Shown piece after piece: positions 46,020 to 56,414 of a DNA stretch of 64,000 nucleotides (position 1 is the stretch's first letter; the number at the start of each line of letters is the position of its first letter). The stretch is from positions 1 to 64,000 of the IMG/VR virus record IMGVR_UViG_3300048035_000135; one strand, 5' to 3'. The stretch is from a virus. The notes below the pieces were generated by a model. That model saw only the letters and a program-made list of their open reading frames with translations. It ran no database searches and was not told the origin of the DNA. A program made the position numbers and the translations under genes.

Positions 46020-49000
46020 TTATGCAGATGGGAAGTTTTCAGCTGATACTAATGTTGCTGCTGTACTACCCATTGATGTTTGTGATAACGGTCTCGTTGC
46101 TATTATATCTAATCCTTTAAAATAAGCACCACACCTAGTCGCTTGAATTCCACCACCTGAACTACCATCTAATGCTAAATTCATAAATAATTGAACTCTA
46201 CAATATTGTGATTGCGCTTCTTCAGGTATTGTGTATGAAATTACACTACTACCTACCCTAAACCTAGTTTTAAATACATCATCTGCTCCGTTTAAATCAA
46301 ATCCACTATTTGTTATATCTGAATTTACTCTTTTCCAAACACCATGAGTATCACCAGTGACATAATACACACCCATTGGAGAATCAGGAATATCAGTAGC
46401 TGTATAATATTGGTTAGCGCTAGTTCTTTTAAGATAATCTAATTGTAATGCAAAATCTGCATTAGCGTGCATTCCAGTGGTTGTAGAGAATGAACCCACT
46501 GCTGACATTCCTGAAATTGTAAGTCTTGTTTCATATGGTAGTAAATGAAAATACCATTGTTTCATAAGAATCATTGTAGAACTATCTCTATCTGTCATAT
46601 AATACAAATCGCCATCATTAACAACCTGTCTACCAATATTTTTAGCTTCTATTAATCCAATTTCAGTATCGAATATTTTATACACAACACCACCAGCAAC
46701 TTTTCTAACATATAAGTTAGAACCTGAGATTTCACCTGATGAGTTAAGTTCGAATGCTGGTGATGAATCTGGCGAAGCTAAATTTGTTGATGATTCAATA
46801 GAATTAGAACCTATAGTAAGTCCACCAATTGTACCATCATTTGCGTTTACAGTACCATCTACTTCTAATTTAGTACCATTCCAAGATAATTTAGAATTAG
46901 AACCAGTACCACCTAAGAAGAATGTTCCTGCATCTAAATCAATTCTTGAACCTGCGGTTGGTGATACGTTGGTTGAATCTATTCTACCTGTTGATATAGC
47001 GTTACCTGATAGTGTAGTTGTTTTTGGAGTACCATTAACATTAAAACTTTCAATACCTATTTGCTTACCCCCAGTATCGTGGTACAACAACATAGCTGGG
47101 AAATAATCTTCATTAGTATTTAATCCACCATAACTTGTATTTGTATCATACGACCAAGCTGGTGTTGAAAAATCACTATTTACAAATATTCTATATGTAG
47201 CCCCACCATCGGACTTAAGTGTGATTTCGATTCTTAATTTTGTATCTGTTCCAGTTACCCAAGGAACATTTCCTTCTTTTGGTCCTCCTGTATATCCGAT
47301 GGAATTAGATTCCCAATCCACAGTGTTAGCATTAAGAATACTACCATTTTCTATCACTCTTACATCATTGTAATATTGAGAAGAGTCTTGAACCGAAGTC
47401 AGATAAACACCATGTCCTATATGGTTATAGCTATCTGCTGTGGTTAAATCTAAATCTGAATCTATATCCGTAAATCCAATGAATACATATACACCCTCAG
47501 TAGTTGTACCACGACTAGAACCACCCCCACCATCATTTACAAGAACATCCCAAACTGCAGTTGTATTGGTACTTCTTTGGAATGGTTTTCTTGTTACAAT
47601 TCCTTTAGTCCATCCATTTGCATTACTACCTTGATATCGGTTATACCCTACTTGCCCAGCTGTCGATGGTATTTTGTTTTCCGTAAGATTTTGAATACGC
47701 CATCTTAGAGTAGAATCAACTGCTTGACCAAATAATTGGTCAAATGTACTAGCTGCGAAATCTTCTGGATTGGTTACTGTAACATTACCTGTAATATTTA
47801 ATGTTGAGTTACCAGCATCCCAAGCAAATGCATTTGTTAATGAGAAATCTCCATTATCTCCTATATACAAAGGAGTATCTGCTTTACTATAGTTACCTAC
47901 TCCAGTAAATATTTTACCAGAATCAAATTTGATTCCAGCAATATCACCACCTGTTAGATGAATAGCTGAACCAGTCATCTCTCCATTTGATTTTAATCGT
48001 AAATTACCATTTGTTGAATCTATTGATGTGTTTGATATAGTAAACCCACCAATCGAACCAGCTGATGCGTTTACAGTACCTGACATACTTACATTACCTG
48101 CTGAATCTAAATGGAAGTTAGAACCTGATATTTCTATTACTCCATTAGAACCGCTAATAAATTGAGTGTTAGTATTTCCAACAAAAAACTTATCTACTTC
48201 AATGTTTACATTAGAACCACTAATTAATAATGACCTATCAGTATTATTCCAAGCTAAGTAACCACTAGTCGCTGCACTTCCACTCATTCCACTACCATTT
48301 CCACCTAAGTAGAAATTTCCACTACTATCTAAAAATGATGTGAAATCGGAAAGTAAACCATCGGTTCCTTGAATTCCATTGTGGAATCCAAACACCTGTG
48401 AATTCATTAATAATCCCGGAGAACCAATTGGTCCGATACCACTTAAACTCGCATCTAAGTATGAGAAGTCTTGGTTATTATCACCTTGCTGCCCTTGAGC
48501 TCCCTGCTTAGATTTAGATAAACTCATAGTTTTATCAACCTTTACAGTTCCAGCTGATAAATTACCACTACCATCTTTTACTTCTTTAATTTCAATATAA
48601 TCTAATCTAACTATTCCACTTTCATCAGGATGACTGGATATAAACAGTGGTGATATGTAAGCTGCGTTTGTATGAATATTTTTTGGATTATTAATATCAG
48701 GAGCTTCACCACTATTAGTTCCAGCTGATGTACCATGACCTGAGAAGTAACCTCTCTTAGTTACCCAATCTGTACCCTCTCCATCACCAAATGAAAACCC
48801 AGCCGCTCCTATATAATGTTGACTACTAAAACTGTTAGTACCACTACTATTACGTTTTGTGGTTTCATTACTCCAACCATTTACACCTATATATACTAAC
48901 CCACTACCAGCAACTCTTTTAAACCTAGCTTCAACATAATAAGTTTTAGTATCATCATAGGCAACTATATCTTTACCTACTATCCAAGCCCTATCATTAT

Positions 49001-52000
49001 CAGCATCATTACCAAATTCAACATAGTTGTTTCTTAATTCACCATCACCCGTTCCAACATTTATAGTATCAGGATTATCAACTAAGTACCAATCGTTATC
49101 AGTTCCATTAATATCACCAGTACCATTAGTTACAAATTGATTAGTTGACCAATTCTCACCGGCGTTAGCCCCCCACCCAGTATGAGGAACACCACCACTA
49201 ATTGAAGTGATTGTTACAGAACCACTATCATGCCCCATAGCAGTAACATTTAAGGATGATGAATTAAATGAATTAAAATCGTTATCAATTGTAACTCCTG
49301 TAGAAGGTACTCCATGTGTAAAGTATTCTGTTGTTTTATCGGTTACACCTTCAAATATTGTAACATCTGTTTCTGCCCCAACAAAACCACCTGATGGTAC
49401 TGTCCCATCGCTATCAGCTCCTATAGTATGTGATTCGTTACTTAGTATAACAGTTAGTCCACCAGAACCATCAGCCCCATCAGTACCATCAGCCCCACCA
49501 TCCAATGTAAATATTTTCGTACTATCACTTACACCATCTTTTGTTACACTAATTGTGATTGGGAATTTAGTTTTATTAGTTGGTGTGTTTGTTGAAAATA
49601 CTAAACTACCACTAACAATCCCAGTTCCATCCGTTAGTGAAGATGGCGCTAATGTAGGTACAGTATGAGTAGCACCCGTCCCATCTGTAATCGTAACATC
49701 ACTTGCTCCGATAGTACCATTAAGATTTTGTTGATTGAAAAATAATTCAATAGTGTTATCATCAGGCGTTGTTACAGAAGCTGATGCGAATGTGAATACT
49801 TGCGAATCAGATGTTAATGTAACTAACTTAGCACTAGAACCTGGAGTTCCATCATCTCCATCATCACCTTGCAACGCTTGTGATATTGACATTGTTTTAG
49901 ATAATTGAACTTGACCACCACCAGAACCTGATTCTGCTGTTATTACAATTGAACCAGTAAAAGGTGTTGTAGAAGCTGTAAGTGTAATTGTACCATTAAC
50001 TTTTGTTGTTGTCATATGTGATGGAGCAGTTCTTTCAAAAGTATAATTAGAACTTCTATCTGAAGTACCTTCAAATACAATCATTTCTGTATTTGCTCCA
50101 GCAAATGATATAACATTACCTGATGAACTTACAGGAAGTGTATGTGAATCATTAGTTAGTAATGCCGTTACTGCGTTTGTACCCGCAGCTCCATCTGCTC
50201 CACCAACAACTTTAAATATTTTTACTGAATCCGATAACCCATCTTTTGTAGCCGTAATTGTAATAGGAAGTTTGGCTGTATTACCACCAACACCACCTGC
50301 TGATGGGCTTGATGCGAATGTGATAGAACCACTAACAATACCTGTTCCGTTTGTAACATCATTATTATCAAATCCAAATCCAGTGATTGAATCGTTATTA
50401 ACATCTCTTACATCTATATCAGAACTACCAATTGTTAAGAATCCTAAAGAACCACTTAGGTTTTGTTGTTGGAAACTGAACTCAATTGATAATGGGTCTG
50501 CCGTATTAGAGGTACTATCTTCAAACGCAAATACTTGAGAATTTAAACTACCAATTAATAATTTAGCAGCCGTTCCATCCGAACCATCTGAACCCTGTCT
50601 TGCTTTTGTTAACGACATTGTTTTAGTGATACTAACTTGCCCACCTCCTGAACCTGATGTAGCGGTTATATCAACAGAACCACTATCGTGTCCTAATGCT
50701 GATATCGTTAATACATTTTTAGTTGCTCCAGTACCTAATGCGGAAGTAACTCCAGTTCCATCCGATTTGCTATATGTGTAGATTGAAGTTCTATCGGTAA
50801 CTCCTTCGAATACACTCATAGTTGTTGTACCACCAACAAACGATGCTATATTTCCATTTGAATCTGCAGGGAAGGTGTGAGATTCATTCGATAAGAATCC
50901 ATTTATTGCATCAGTACCATCAGTACCACCCGTACCACCTTCTACTTTAAATATTTTTAAACTATCTTCTAATCCATCTTGAGTAACTGTAATCTCTAAT
51001 GGTAACTTAGTTTTATCACCACTAACAGTTCCACTAAATGTAATAGAACCACTAACTAATCCAGTATTATTATTTAACGATGATGGGGCTAATGTAGGGT
51101 CGGTTAAAGGATTACCACTTTTATCTTTAATTACTATATCATTAACATCTACAGTAGCACTTAAATTTTGTTGATTGATTATTAGTTCTATAGTATCATC
51201 TATTGCAGTTGATGAGGATGCTGATGCAAATGAGAATACAGGTGAATCAGATGTGATTGTTAACATCTTAGCCGAATCACCAGGTAATCCTGCTGCTCCT
51301 TGCTTAGATTTAGATAAACTCATAGTTTTAACTAATTGAACTTGTGCTCCACCTGAACCTGAAGTTGCTGTGATTTTTACACTTCCACTATCGTGTGATA
51401 ATGCTGATATGGTAACTCTGTTATTACTATCAGATGCAGTTCCATCCCCAAACGAAGATGAAATTACATAGTTAGAAGTTACATTTGTTAAACCCTCAAA
51501 AACTTCCATATCGGTGAACGCACCATTGAAAGATACAATGTTTCCATCATTATCAGATGCGAATGTATGGGCCTCATTAGTTAAGAACGCAGTAACTGCA
51601 TCTGTACCATCAGAACCTGCCGTACCACCCTCTACTTTAAATACTTTTATTGAATCTGTTAAACCATCTTTAGTTGCTGAGATAGTTACAGGTAATTTAT
51701 CTTTATCAGAACCTAAACCACCAGAATTGGTTGCTGCTGAGAATGATAAACTACCGCTTACAATACCACTAAAGTTAGAATCAACATCATTATTATCTAA
51801 ACTAAAGTTAGTGATGTTTGTTCCATCAGCGCCTGTAATTGTGATATCACCACTACCAATCGTAGCGTTGTTTAAGTTTTGTTGATTGAATGAGAATATA
51901 ACAGATGTTGGTTCTGCAGTGTTATCACTCGCACTTAGGAATGAAAATACTTGCGAATCTACAGATGCTACAATATTTTTAGCATTAGCTCCACTTAAAC

Positions 52001-55000
52001 CTTGTGGACCTGCTACACCACCAACATTTAACGACCATGTCGTTTGTGTTCCACCACCAGTAATTGTATCTACATTCAACGACATCGCACCATTGGCTGA
52101 GTTGTATGAGTTTACCGTACCATTTACAAAATTAGAACTATCGTAAGAAAGAACTGCTGTTAATCCTGCAGTCCAAGCTAATCCAGTATCTGCTGTAAAT
52201 GTTAGTGTATCATCTCTTTGTAATGTTGTTAAGTTTATTGTTGTTGTAATTGAAGTATCAGCAAACTTATCACCATCTTGTCCTTGCTTAGCTTTGGTTA
52301 AACTCATTACTTTATCAATGGCAATACTACCACTAGCTATTCCAATTGTAACCGAACCACTATCTTCAGTCATTCCCGTTACAACCACACTTGCGTTAGA
52401 ATCTCCAGATGAATATGTACCACTATCCCCTATAAGATTTGTTGATACACCCGACCCATTTGTTCTACTAATTGTATAAGCTGAAGTTTTATCTGTAATA
52501 CCTTCGAATACAGTTATATCGGTTTCCGCGCCTGAAAATGAGATTACCGTACCATCTGGCTGTGCGGCTAATGTGTGTGATTCATTACTAAGAATTACTT
52601 GAACAGAATCTGCTCCAGCCTCACCATCGGCTCCACCATCCAATGCAAATACTTTGAATGAATCGGTTAAACCATTTTTTGATACACTAATCGTAATTGG
52701 GAATTTATTTTTATTAGAACCATTTGGTGTATTTGTTCCAAATACTAAACTACCACTAATTACCCCAGTACTATTTAATAATGTTGTAGGAGCAAATGTT
52801 GGTACAGTCAAAGAACCACCATCAGTATCTACCATCGTAACATCACTTGCTGTAATGGTTTCTCCTAAATTTTGTTGATTGATAAATAATTCAATAGTGT
52901 TATCTTCAGGATTTGTTGCTGATGCAGATACAAATGCGAACACTTGGGAATCTGCGGTTATACTTAATGTTTTAGCGTTTGCACCTGGCGTTCCATCATC
53001 CCCATCATCTCCCTGTCTACTTACACCAACCGACATTATCTTAGAAAGTGATACACTTTCCGATACTGCGGTGATTGTTACTGAACCACTATGTGGGGTT
53101 GTTGTATTTGTTATAGTAAATGTATTTGATGAAGATACTACCGTCATATATGATGGTGAACTTTCGGTATATGTATAATTTGATGTAGAATCTGTTATAC
53201 CTTCAAATACTTTTATTTGAGTATTAGCACCTGCGTATGATTGAATCACACCAGAACTACTTAATGGTAGTGTATGAGCTTCATTAGTTAAAAATGTAGT
53301 TACTGCATCTTGCCCCTCAGTTCCATCAGAACCTGGCTGAATACCGAATAATGTTAAAGAATCTGCAGTTAGGGATGTTCCACCAGAAGAACCTGTAAAT
53401 GTTTTTACTTCATATGTTTTTGGAGTAGAGGCAGTTGGTTTTTCTGCTACAGTATCAACAGTAAATGTGTTTGTTGTACTTCTACTTCCTTGTAGTGTAG
53501 AATCTTTATAAAATTCATAATATACAGTATCAGAACCAAAGTTTTGTGCTGTGGCGGTTAGTGTTATTGATTGAGCCGCAGGGTCTTCGTTACCATCCGA
53601 ATCAAATGTAATAACATATTTATCAGCTGATAATTCTACTGTTCTTCCCGCAGAACCCGTTGCTATATTTTCAATAGCAGTTTCTACTGATGTTCCATCT
53701 GCAAAGTTTAGTTGCCCAACAATTGTTAGTGTAGATGTTGATGGATTCCAAGATAATTTATTACCTAATGAGAAATTAGAACCTGAATCTACATAGAACC
53801 CAGTGTTTGAATTGTTGTAATTACCGGCTCCAGTAAATAATTTACCATCATCCATATTGATTCCACCAATGGAACCTGTTCTTGCTATTATACCACCTTG
53901 TAGGAATACGTTATCTGTTGCTAATCCAAAACCAGGATTAGGATTTCCAAATACATAAGTTGAATTAGCTAATCCACTTAAATCACCTAATCTAGCTTTC
54001 AAAGCCACATCGTATAATCCACTACCCGTTCTTTCTACTATATCAATAAATGGTGTTGCCGTATCATTTGGATTGGCATTCATTTTGATATAACCAGTGT
54101 TTAATTTACCAGTCGATACAACTACCTGTCCATCTTCATAAGCTTGAGCTGAAGATGCTAAATCACCAACGAAATCACCTTGCTGTCCACTACCATATGC
54201 TCGTTGTACATATATTCTACCAAAAGTTTCATCTTCATTTGAGTTATCACCCTCAACTGATGCTGATTCTAATAAAAGATATTCTGTTTGGAATCCAGTA
54301 TTATCTACTTTTTTAGCCAAAAGTATTTCACCTGCGGAAAATCCACTAGCATTCTTAACAGACATTGTTGTATCTGTTGCTGTTATAGAACCTGTAATGG
54401 TAGTAGCGTTAGCAACCCATAATTGTCCACCAACTGCATTTACCGATTCTTTCTCAAAGGTAGTTGTTCTTAATGTACCTCTTATTCTAATATTTTCAAA
54501 TTCTGCCGTTCCGTTTCCTTCGGATGAAATCTTCCAACCTTTTAAACCACTAGCGAAATCTCTTGTCTGTAAGATACCTTCTGGTTTCATCAAAAGGTTT
54601 CCACCTTCGATTGATGAGGTAGTTATTCCCCAACCACCAATTGATGCTGATACGAATCTTGCGAAACCATCTGCTTTTATAGATGATGATGAGTTTGTTT
54701 CAGTTGAGGCAACTCCACCAATTGATGCGGGTGTTCTAAGATTATCAACTGTTAAATCTGCGTTAATTGTTGCGTTTGCTCCAATAACCAAACTACCCGC
54801 CCCACCATTAGCAGAAGGATTTAAGTGGAATATTGAAGAACTAATTTCTATAGCTCCATCAGAACCACTTATAAATTGTGTATTTTCTGTACCTATGAAA
54901 AACTTATCAGTTTTAACATCTAATAAACCGCCATCATCAGTTGTAAAGATAAGGTGTCTTGCATCATTATCACCGATAAACTGCATACCAACACCATTTA

Positions 55001-56384
55001 AGAAATCTTCACCCATCTTTAAGTTACCAGAACCACTATAGATTACAAATCCACCTGGCGCTTTACCTAAAGATGCTGAGGTTTGTCCATCAAATCCAAC
55101 TGAACGGATGAATCCACTACTAGCACCACCAATCTCAATACCAGTTCCCAATGTGTTTGATATATAGATAGAACCACTAATTAAGTTTTCAGAACCACCA
55201 ATGTAAACATTATCACCATCAAACACAAATGGTTTAGATAGTGTTTGGGTTCTTGATATACTACCTTCAGAGTTTAGATATAATAATTTTAATATCTTAG
55301 GGTCTTTTAAGTTTTTAGATGGTATCGGTACTTTGATACTTGCTGAAGAACTGAATGGAACTTCTACTTCATTTAATAATTCAAAATCACCTGGCAATCC
55401 ATCAGATTTATGTAATATTTTTATTTTATCAACAACACCAGTTATAGGGTCTATGTTGTTTAAAGTTATGTTTGCAAAGTTTCGTTTGTTCTCTGTATTT
55501 ACATTTGAACCAGTTTGAATATATTCAATTTTATAATCAGCTTCACTTACAAAATCAAATGTATGAGTTAAATCTGCTCTATCGCTAAATGATGTTGTAA
55601 AGTTTGTAGTTGGTTTTAATACTTTATTCGTTAATACTTCTTTAATAGATGAACTAAAGAATGTAGAACTTAATGGGTTTTCAATATTAGATATTGGTTC
55701 GGCTGGTTTGGTGAAGTTATTTAGTATGATAGAACCACCAACCATCTCACCATTCAATGTACCTGAATCTTTGATTTCTATTATGGGAGTTTCCCCTTTA
55801 AATATGTATTGTACTTTACCTGTTTGGCTTGTTAAATTTAAACCATCTCCTGATTGAGGTTGGTTTTGGTATGCTTCAACACTTTGAGAAACTATTAATG
55901 AAGGAATTACATTAGGGTCAAAAATAATTTCAGATGTATTATCTCGTTCCCTATCAACAGTAACAGTAGTTTGCCACTTTACATTTAATTTACCTCTATG
56001 TTTTTGTGGTAATGGGTTTCCATCCATATCCACATTAGCAATACCCACTAATGTAATTGTAGCTTCACCATTTGGAGTGTTATCTTCACCTTTGTCGTGA
56101 TAAACCCAAATAGATATAACCCTACTTTTATCGTTTTCTAAGTAATCAGGTATCTCATAGTATATAGGATTCCCATTAGAATCTCTAACATCAACATAAA
56201 CTTGAGTACCAGGTACCAAATTTGTTGGATGCGCAGTAATTCTTAAAAGGTTTTTACCTTTCTGTAAAACTTGTGGTACGTCAGAAACTCTAAAATACTT
56301 TGTTGATTTTGGCGTATTATCAACAATGTATGTTTGTATATCTGTTACGTTATCTCGTACCGAACTTTTATAAACTAAGGACAT
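46020..56384 (-). CDS. Giant (3454 aa) fibre/baseplate adhesin with tandem Ig-like repeats
   Basis: Six alternating DSQVF-type and NE(A/S)HT-type units with Gly-x-Asp-Gly linkers; GSIGG repeats; GGAG SD; late motif at 56416-56423. Confidence 0.7.
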   Translation of the reverse strand: MSLVYKSSVRDNVTDIQTYIVDNTPKSTKYFRVSDVPQVLQKGKNLLRITAHPTNLVPGTQVYVDVRDSNGNPIYYEIPDYLENDKSRVISIWVYHDKGEDNTPNGEATITLVGIANVDMDGNPLPQKHRGKLNVKWQTTVTVDRERDNTSEIIFDPNVIPSLIVSQSVEAYQNQPQSGDGLNLTSQTGKVQYIFKGETPIIEIKDSGTLNGEMVGGSIILNNFTKPAEPISNIENPLSSTFFSSSIKEVLTNKVLKPTTNFTTSFSDRADLTHTFDFVSEADYKIEYIQTGSNVNTENKRNFANITLNNIDPITGVVDKIKILHKSDGLPGDFELLNEVEVPFSSSASIKVPIPSKNLKDPKILKLLYLNSEGSISRTQTLSKPFVFDGDNVYIGGSENLISGSIYISNTLGTGIEIGGASSGFIRSVGFDGQTSASLGKAPGGFVIYSGSGNLKMGEDFLNGVGMQFIGDNDARHLIFTTDDGGLLDVKTDKFFIGTENTQFISGSDGAIEISSSIFHLNPSANGGAGSLVIGANATINADLTVDNLRTPASIGGVASTETNSSSSIKADGFARFVSASIGGWGITTSSIEGGNLLMKPEGILQTRDFASGLKGWKISSEGNGTAEFENIRIRGTLRTTTFEKESVNAVGGQLWVANATTITGSITATDTTMSVKNASGFSAGEILLAKKVDNTGFQTEYLLLESASVEGDNSNEDETFGRIYVQRAYGSGQQGDFVGDLASSAQAYEDGQVVVSTGKLNTGYIKMNANPNDTATPFIDIVERTGSGLYDVALKARLGDLSGLANSTYVFGNPNPGFGLATDNVFLQGGIIARTGSIGGINMDDGKLFTGAGNYNNSNTGFYVDSGSNFSLGNKLSWNPSTSTLTIVGQLNFADGTSVETAIENIATGSAGRTVELSADKYVITFDSDGNEDPAAQSITLTATAQNFGSDTVYYEFYKDSTLQGSRSTTNTFTVDTVAEKPTASTPKTYEVKTFTGSSGGTSLTADSLTLFGIQPGSDGTEGQDAVTTFLTNEAHTLPLSSSGVIQSYAGANTQIKVFEGITDSTSNYTYTESSPSYMTVVSSSNTFTITNTTTPHSGSVTITAVSESVSLSKIMSVGVSRQGDDGDDGTPGANAKTLSITADSQVFAFVSASATNPEDNTIELFINQQNLGETITASDVTMVDTDGGSLTVPTFAPTTLLNSTGVISGSLVFGTNTPNGSNKNKFPITISVSKNGLTDSFKVFALDGGADGEAGADSVQVILSNESHTLAAQPDGTVISFSGAETDITVFEGITDKTSAYTISRTNGSGVSTNLIGDSGTYSSGDSNASVVVTGMTEDSGSVTIGIASGSIAIDKVMSLTKAKQGQDGDKFADTSITTTINLTTLQRDDTLTFTADTGLAWTAGLTAVLSYDSSNFVNGTVNSYNSANGAMSLNVDTITGGGTQTTWSLNVGGVAGPQGLSGANAKNIVASVDSQVFSFLSASDNTAEPTSVIFSFNQQNLNNATIGSGDITITGADGTNITNFSLDNNDVDSNFSGIVSGSLSFSAATNSGGLGSDKDKLPVTISATKDGLTDSIKVFKVEGGTAGSDGTDAVTAFLTNEAHTFASDNDGNIVSFNGAFTDMEVFEGLTNVTSNYVISSSFGDGTASDSNNRVTISALSHDSGSVKITATSGSGGAQVQLVKTMSLSKSKQGAAGLPGDSAKMLTITSDSPVFSFASASSSTAIDDTIELIINQQNLSATVDVNDIVIKDKSGNPLTDPTLAPSSLNNNTGLVSGSITFSGTVSGDKTKLPLEITVTQDGLEDSLKIFKVEGGTGGTDGTDAINGFLSNESHTFPADSNGNIASFVGGTTTMSVFEGVTDRTSIYTYSKSDGTGVTSALGTGATKNVLTISALGHDSGSVDITATSGSGGGQVSITKTMSLTKARQGSDGSDGTAAKLLIGSLNSQVFAFEDSTSNTADPLSIEFSFQQQNLSGSLGFLTIGSSDIDVRDVNNDSITGFGFDNNDVTNGTGIVSGSITFASSPSAGGVGGNTAKLPITITATKDGLSDSVKIFKVVGGADGAAGTNAVTALLTNDSHTLPVSSSGNVISFAGANTEMIVFEGTSDRSSNYTFERTAPSHMTTTKVNGTITLTASTTPFTGSIVITAESGSGGGQVQLSKTMSISQALQGDDGDDGTPGSSAKLVTLTSDSQVFTFASASVTTPDDNTIELFFNQQNLNGTIGASDVTITDGTGATHTVPTLAPSSLTDGTGIVSGSLVFSTNTPTNKTKFPITISVTKDGVSDSTKIFTLDGGADGTDGADGSGGLTVILSNESHTIGADSDGTVPSGGFVGAETDVTIFEGVTDKTTEYFTHGVPSTGVTIDNDFNSFNSSSLNVTAMGHDSGSVTITSISGGVPHTGWGANAGENWSTNQFVTNGTGDINGTDNDWYLVDNPDTINVGTGDGELRNNYVEFGNDADNDRAWIVGKDIVAYDDTKTYYVEARFKRVAGSGLVYIGVNGWSNETTKRNSSGTNSFSSQHYIGAAGFSFGDGEGTDWVTKRGYFSGHGTSAGTNSGEAPDINNPKNIHTNAAYISPLFISSHPDESGIVRLDYIEIKEVKDGSGNLSAGTVKVDKTMSLSKSKQGAQGQQGDNNQDFSYLDASLSGIGPIGSPGLLMNSQVFGFHNGIQGTDGLLSDFTSFLDSSGNFYLGGNGSGMSGSAATSGYLAWNNTDRSLLISGSNVNIEVDKFFVGNTNTQFISGSNGVIEISGSNFHLDSAGNVSMSGTVNASAGSIGGFTISNTSIDSTNGNLRLKSNGEMTGSAIHLTGGDIAGIKFDSGKIFTGVGNYSKADTPLYIGDNGDFSLTNAFAWDAGNSTLNITGNVTVTNPEDFAASTFDQLFGQAVDSTLRWRIQNLTENKIPSTAGQVGYNRYQGSNANGWTKGIVTRKPFQRSTNTTAVWDVLVNDGGGGSSRGTTTEGVYVFIGFTDIDSDLDLTTADSYNHIGHGVYLTSVQDSSQYYNDVRVIENGSILNANTVDWESNSIGYTGGPKEGNVPWVTGTDTKLRIEITLKSDGGATYRIFVNSDFSTPAWSYDTNTSYGGLNTNEDYFPAMLLYHDTGGKQIGIESFNVNGTPKTTTLSGNAISTGRIDSTNVSPTAGSRIDLDAGTFFLGGTGSNSKLSWNGTKLEVDGTVNANDGTIGGLTIGSNSIESSTNLASPDSSPAFELNSSGEISGSNLYVRKVAGGVVYKIFDTEIGLIEAKNIGRQVVNDGDLYYMTDRDSSTMILMKQWYFHLLPYETRLTISGMSAVGSFSTTTGMHANADFALQLDYLKRTSANQYYTATDIPDSPMGVYYVTGDTHGVWKRVNSDITNSGFDLNGADDVFKTRFRVGSSVISYTIPEEAQSQYCRVQLFMNLALDGSSGGGIQATRCGAYFKGLDIIATRPLSQTSMGSTAATLVSAENFPSA

Positions 56385-56414
56385 TCATTACTCCCATATA
56401 TTTCTTTACTATAA

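Noticed and set aside
4781-50404. Short alternate-frame minus-strand ORFs (4781-4993, 13197-13412, 13928-14173, 17195-17392, 37855-38085, 50222-50404)
   Set aside because: They are nested in conserved genes, with no SD, promoter or protein-like features.
45421-56384. Diversity-generating retroelement or invertible fibre cassette
   Set aside because: No reverse transcriptase or invertase, no adenine-specific template/variable repeat pair and no inverted gene segments were seen.
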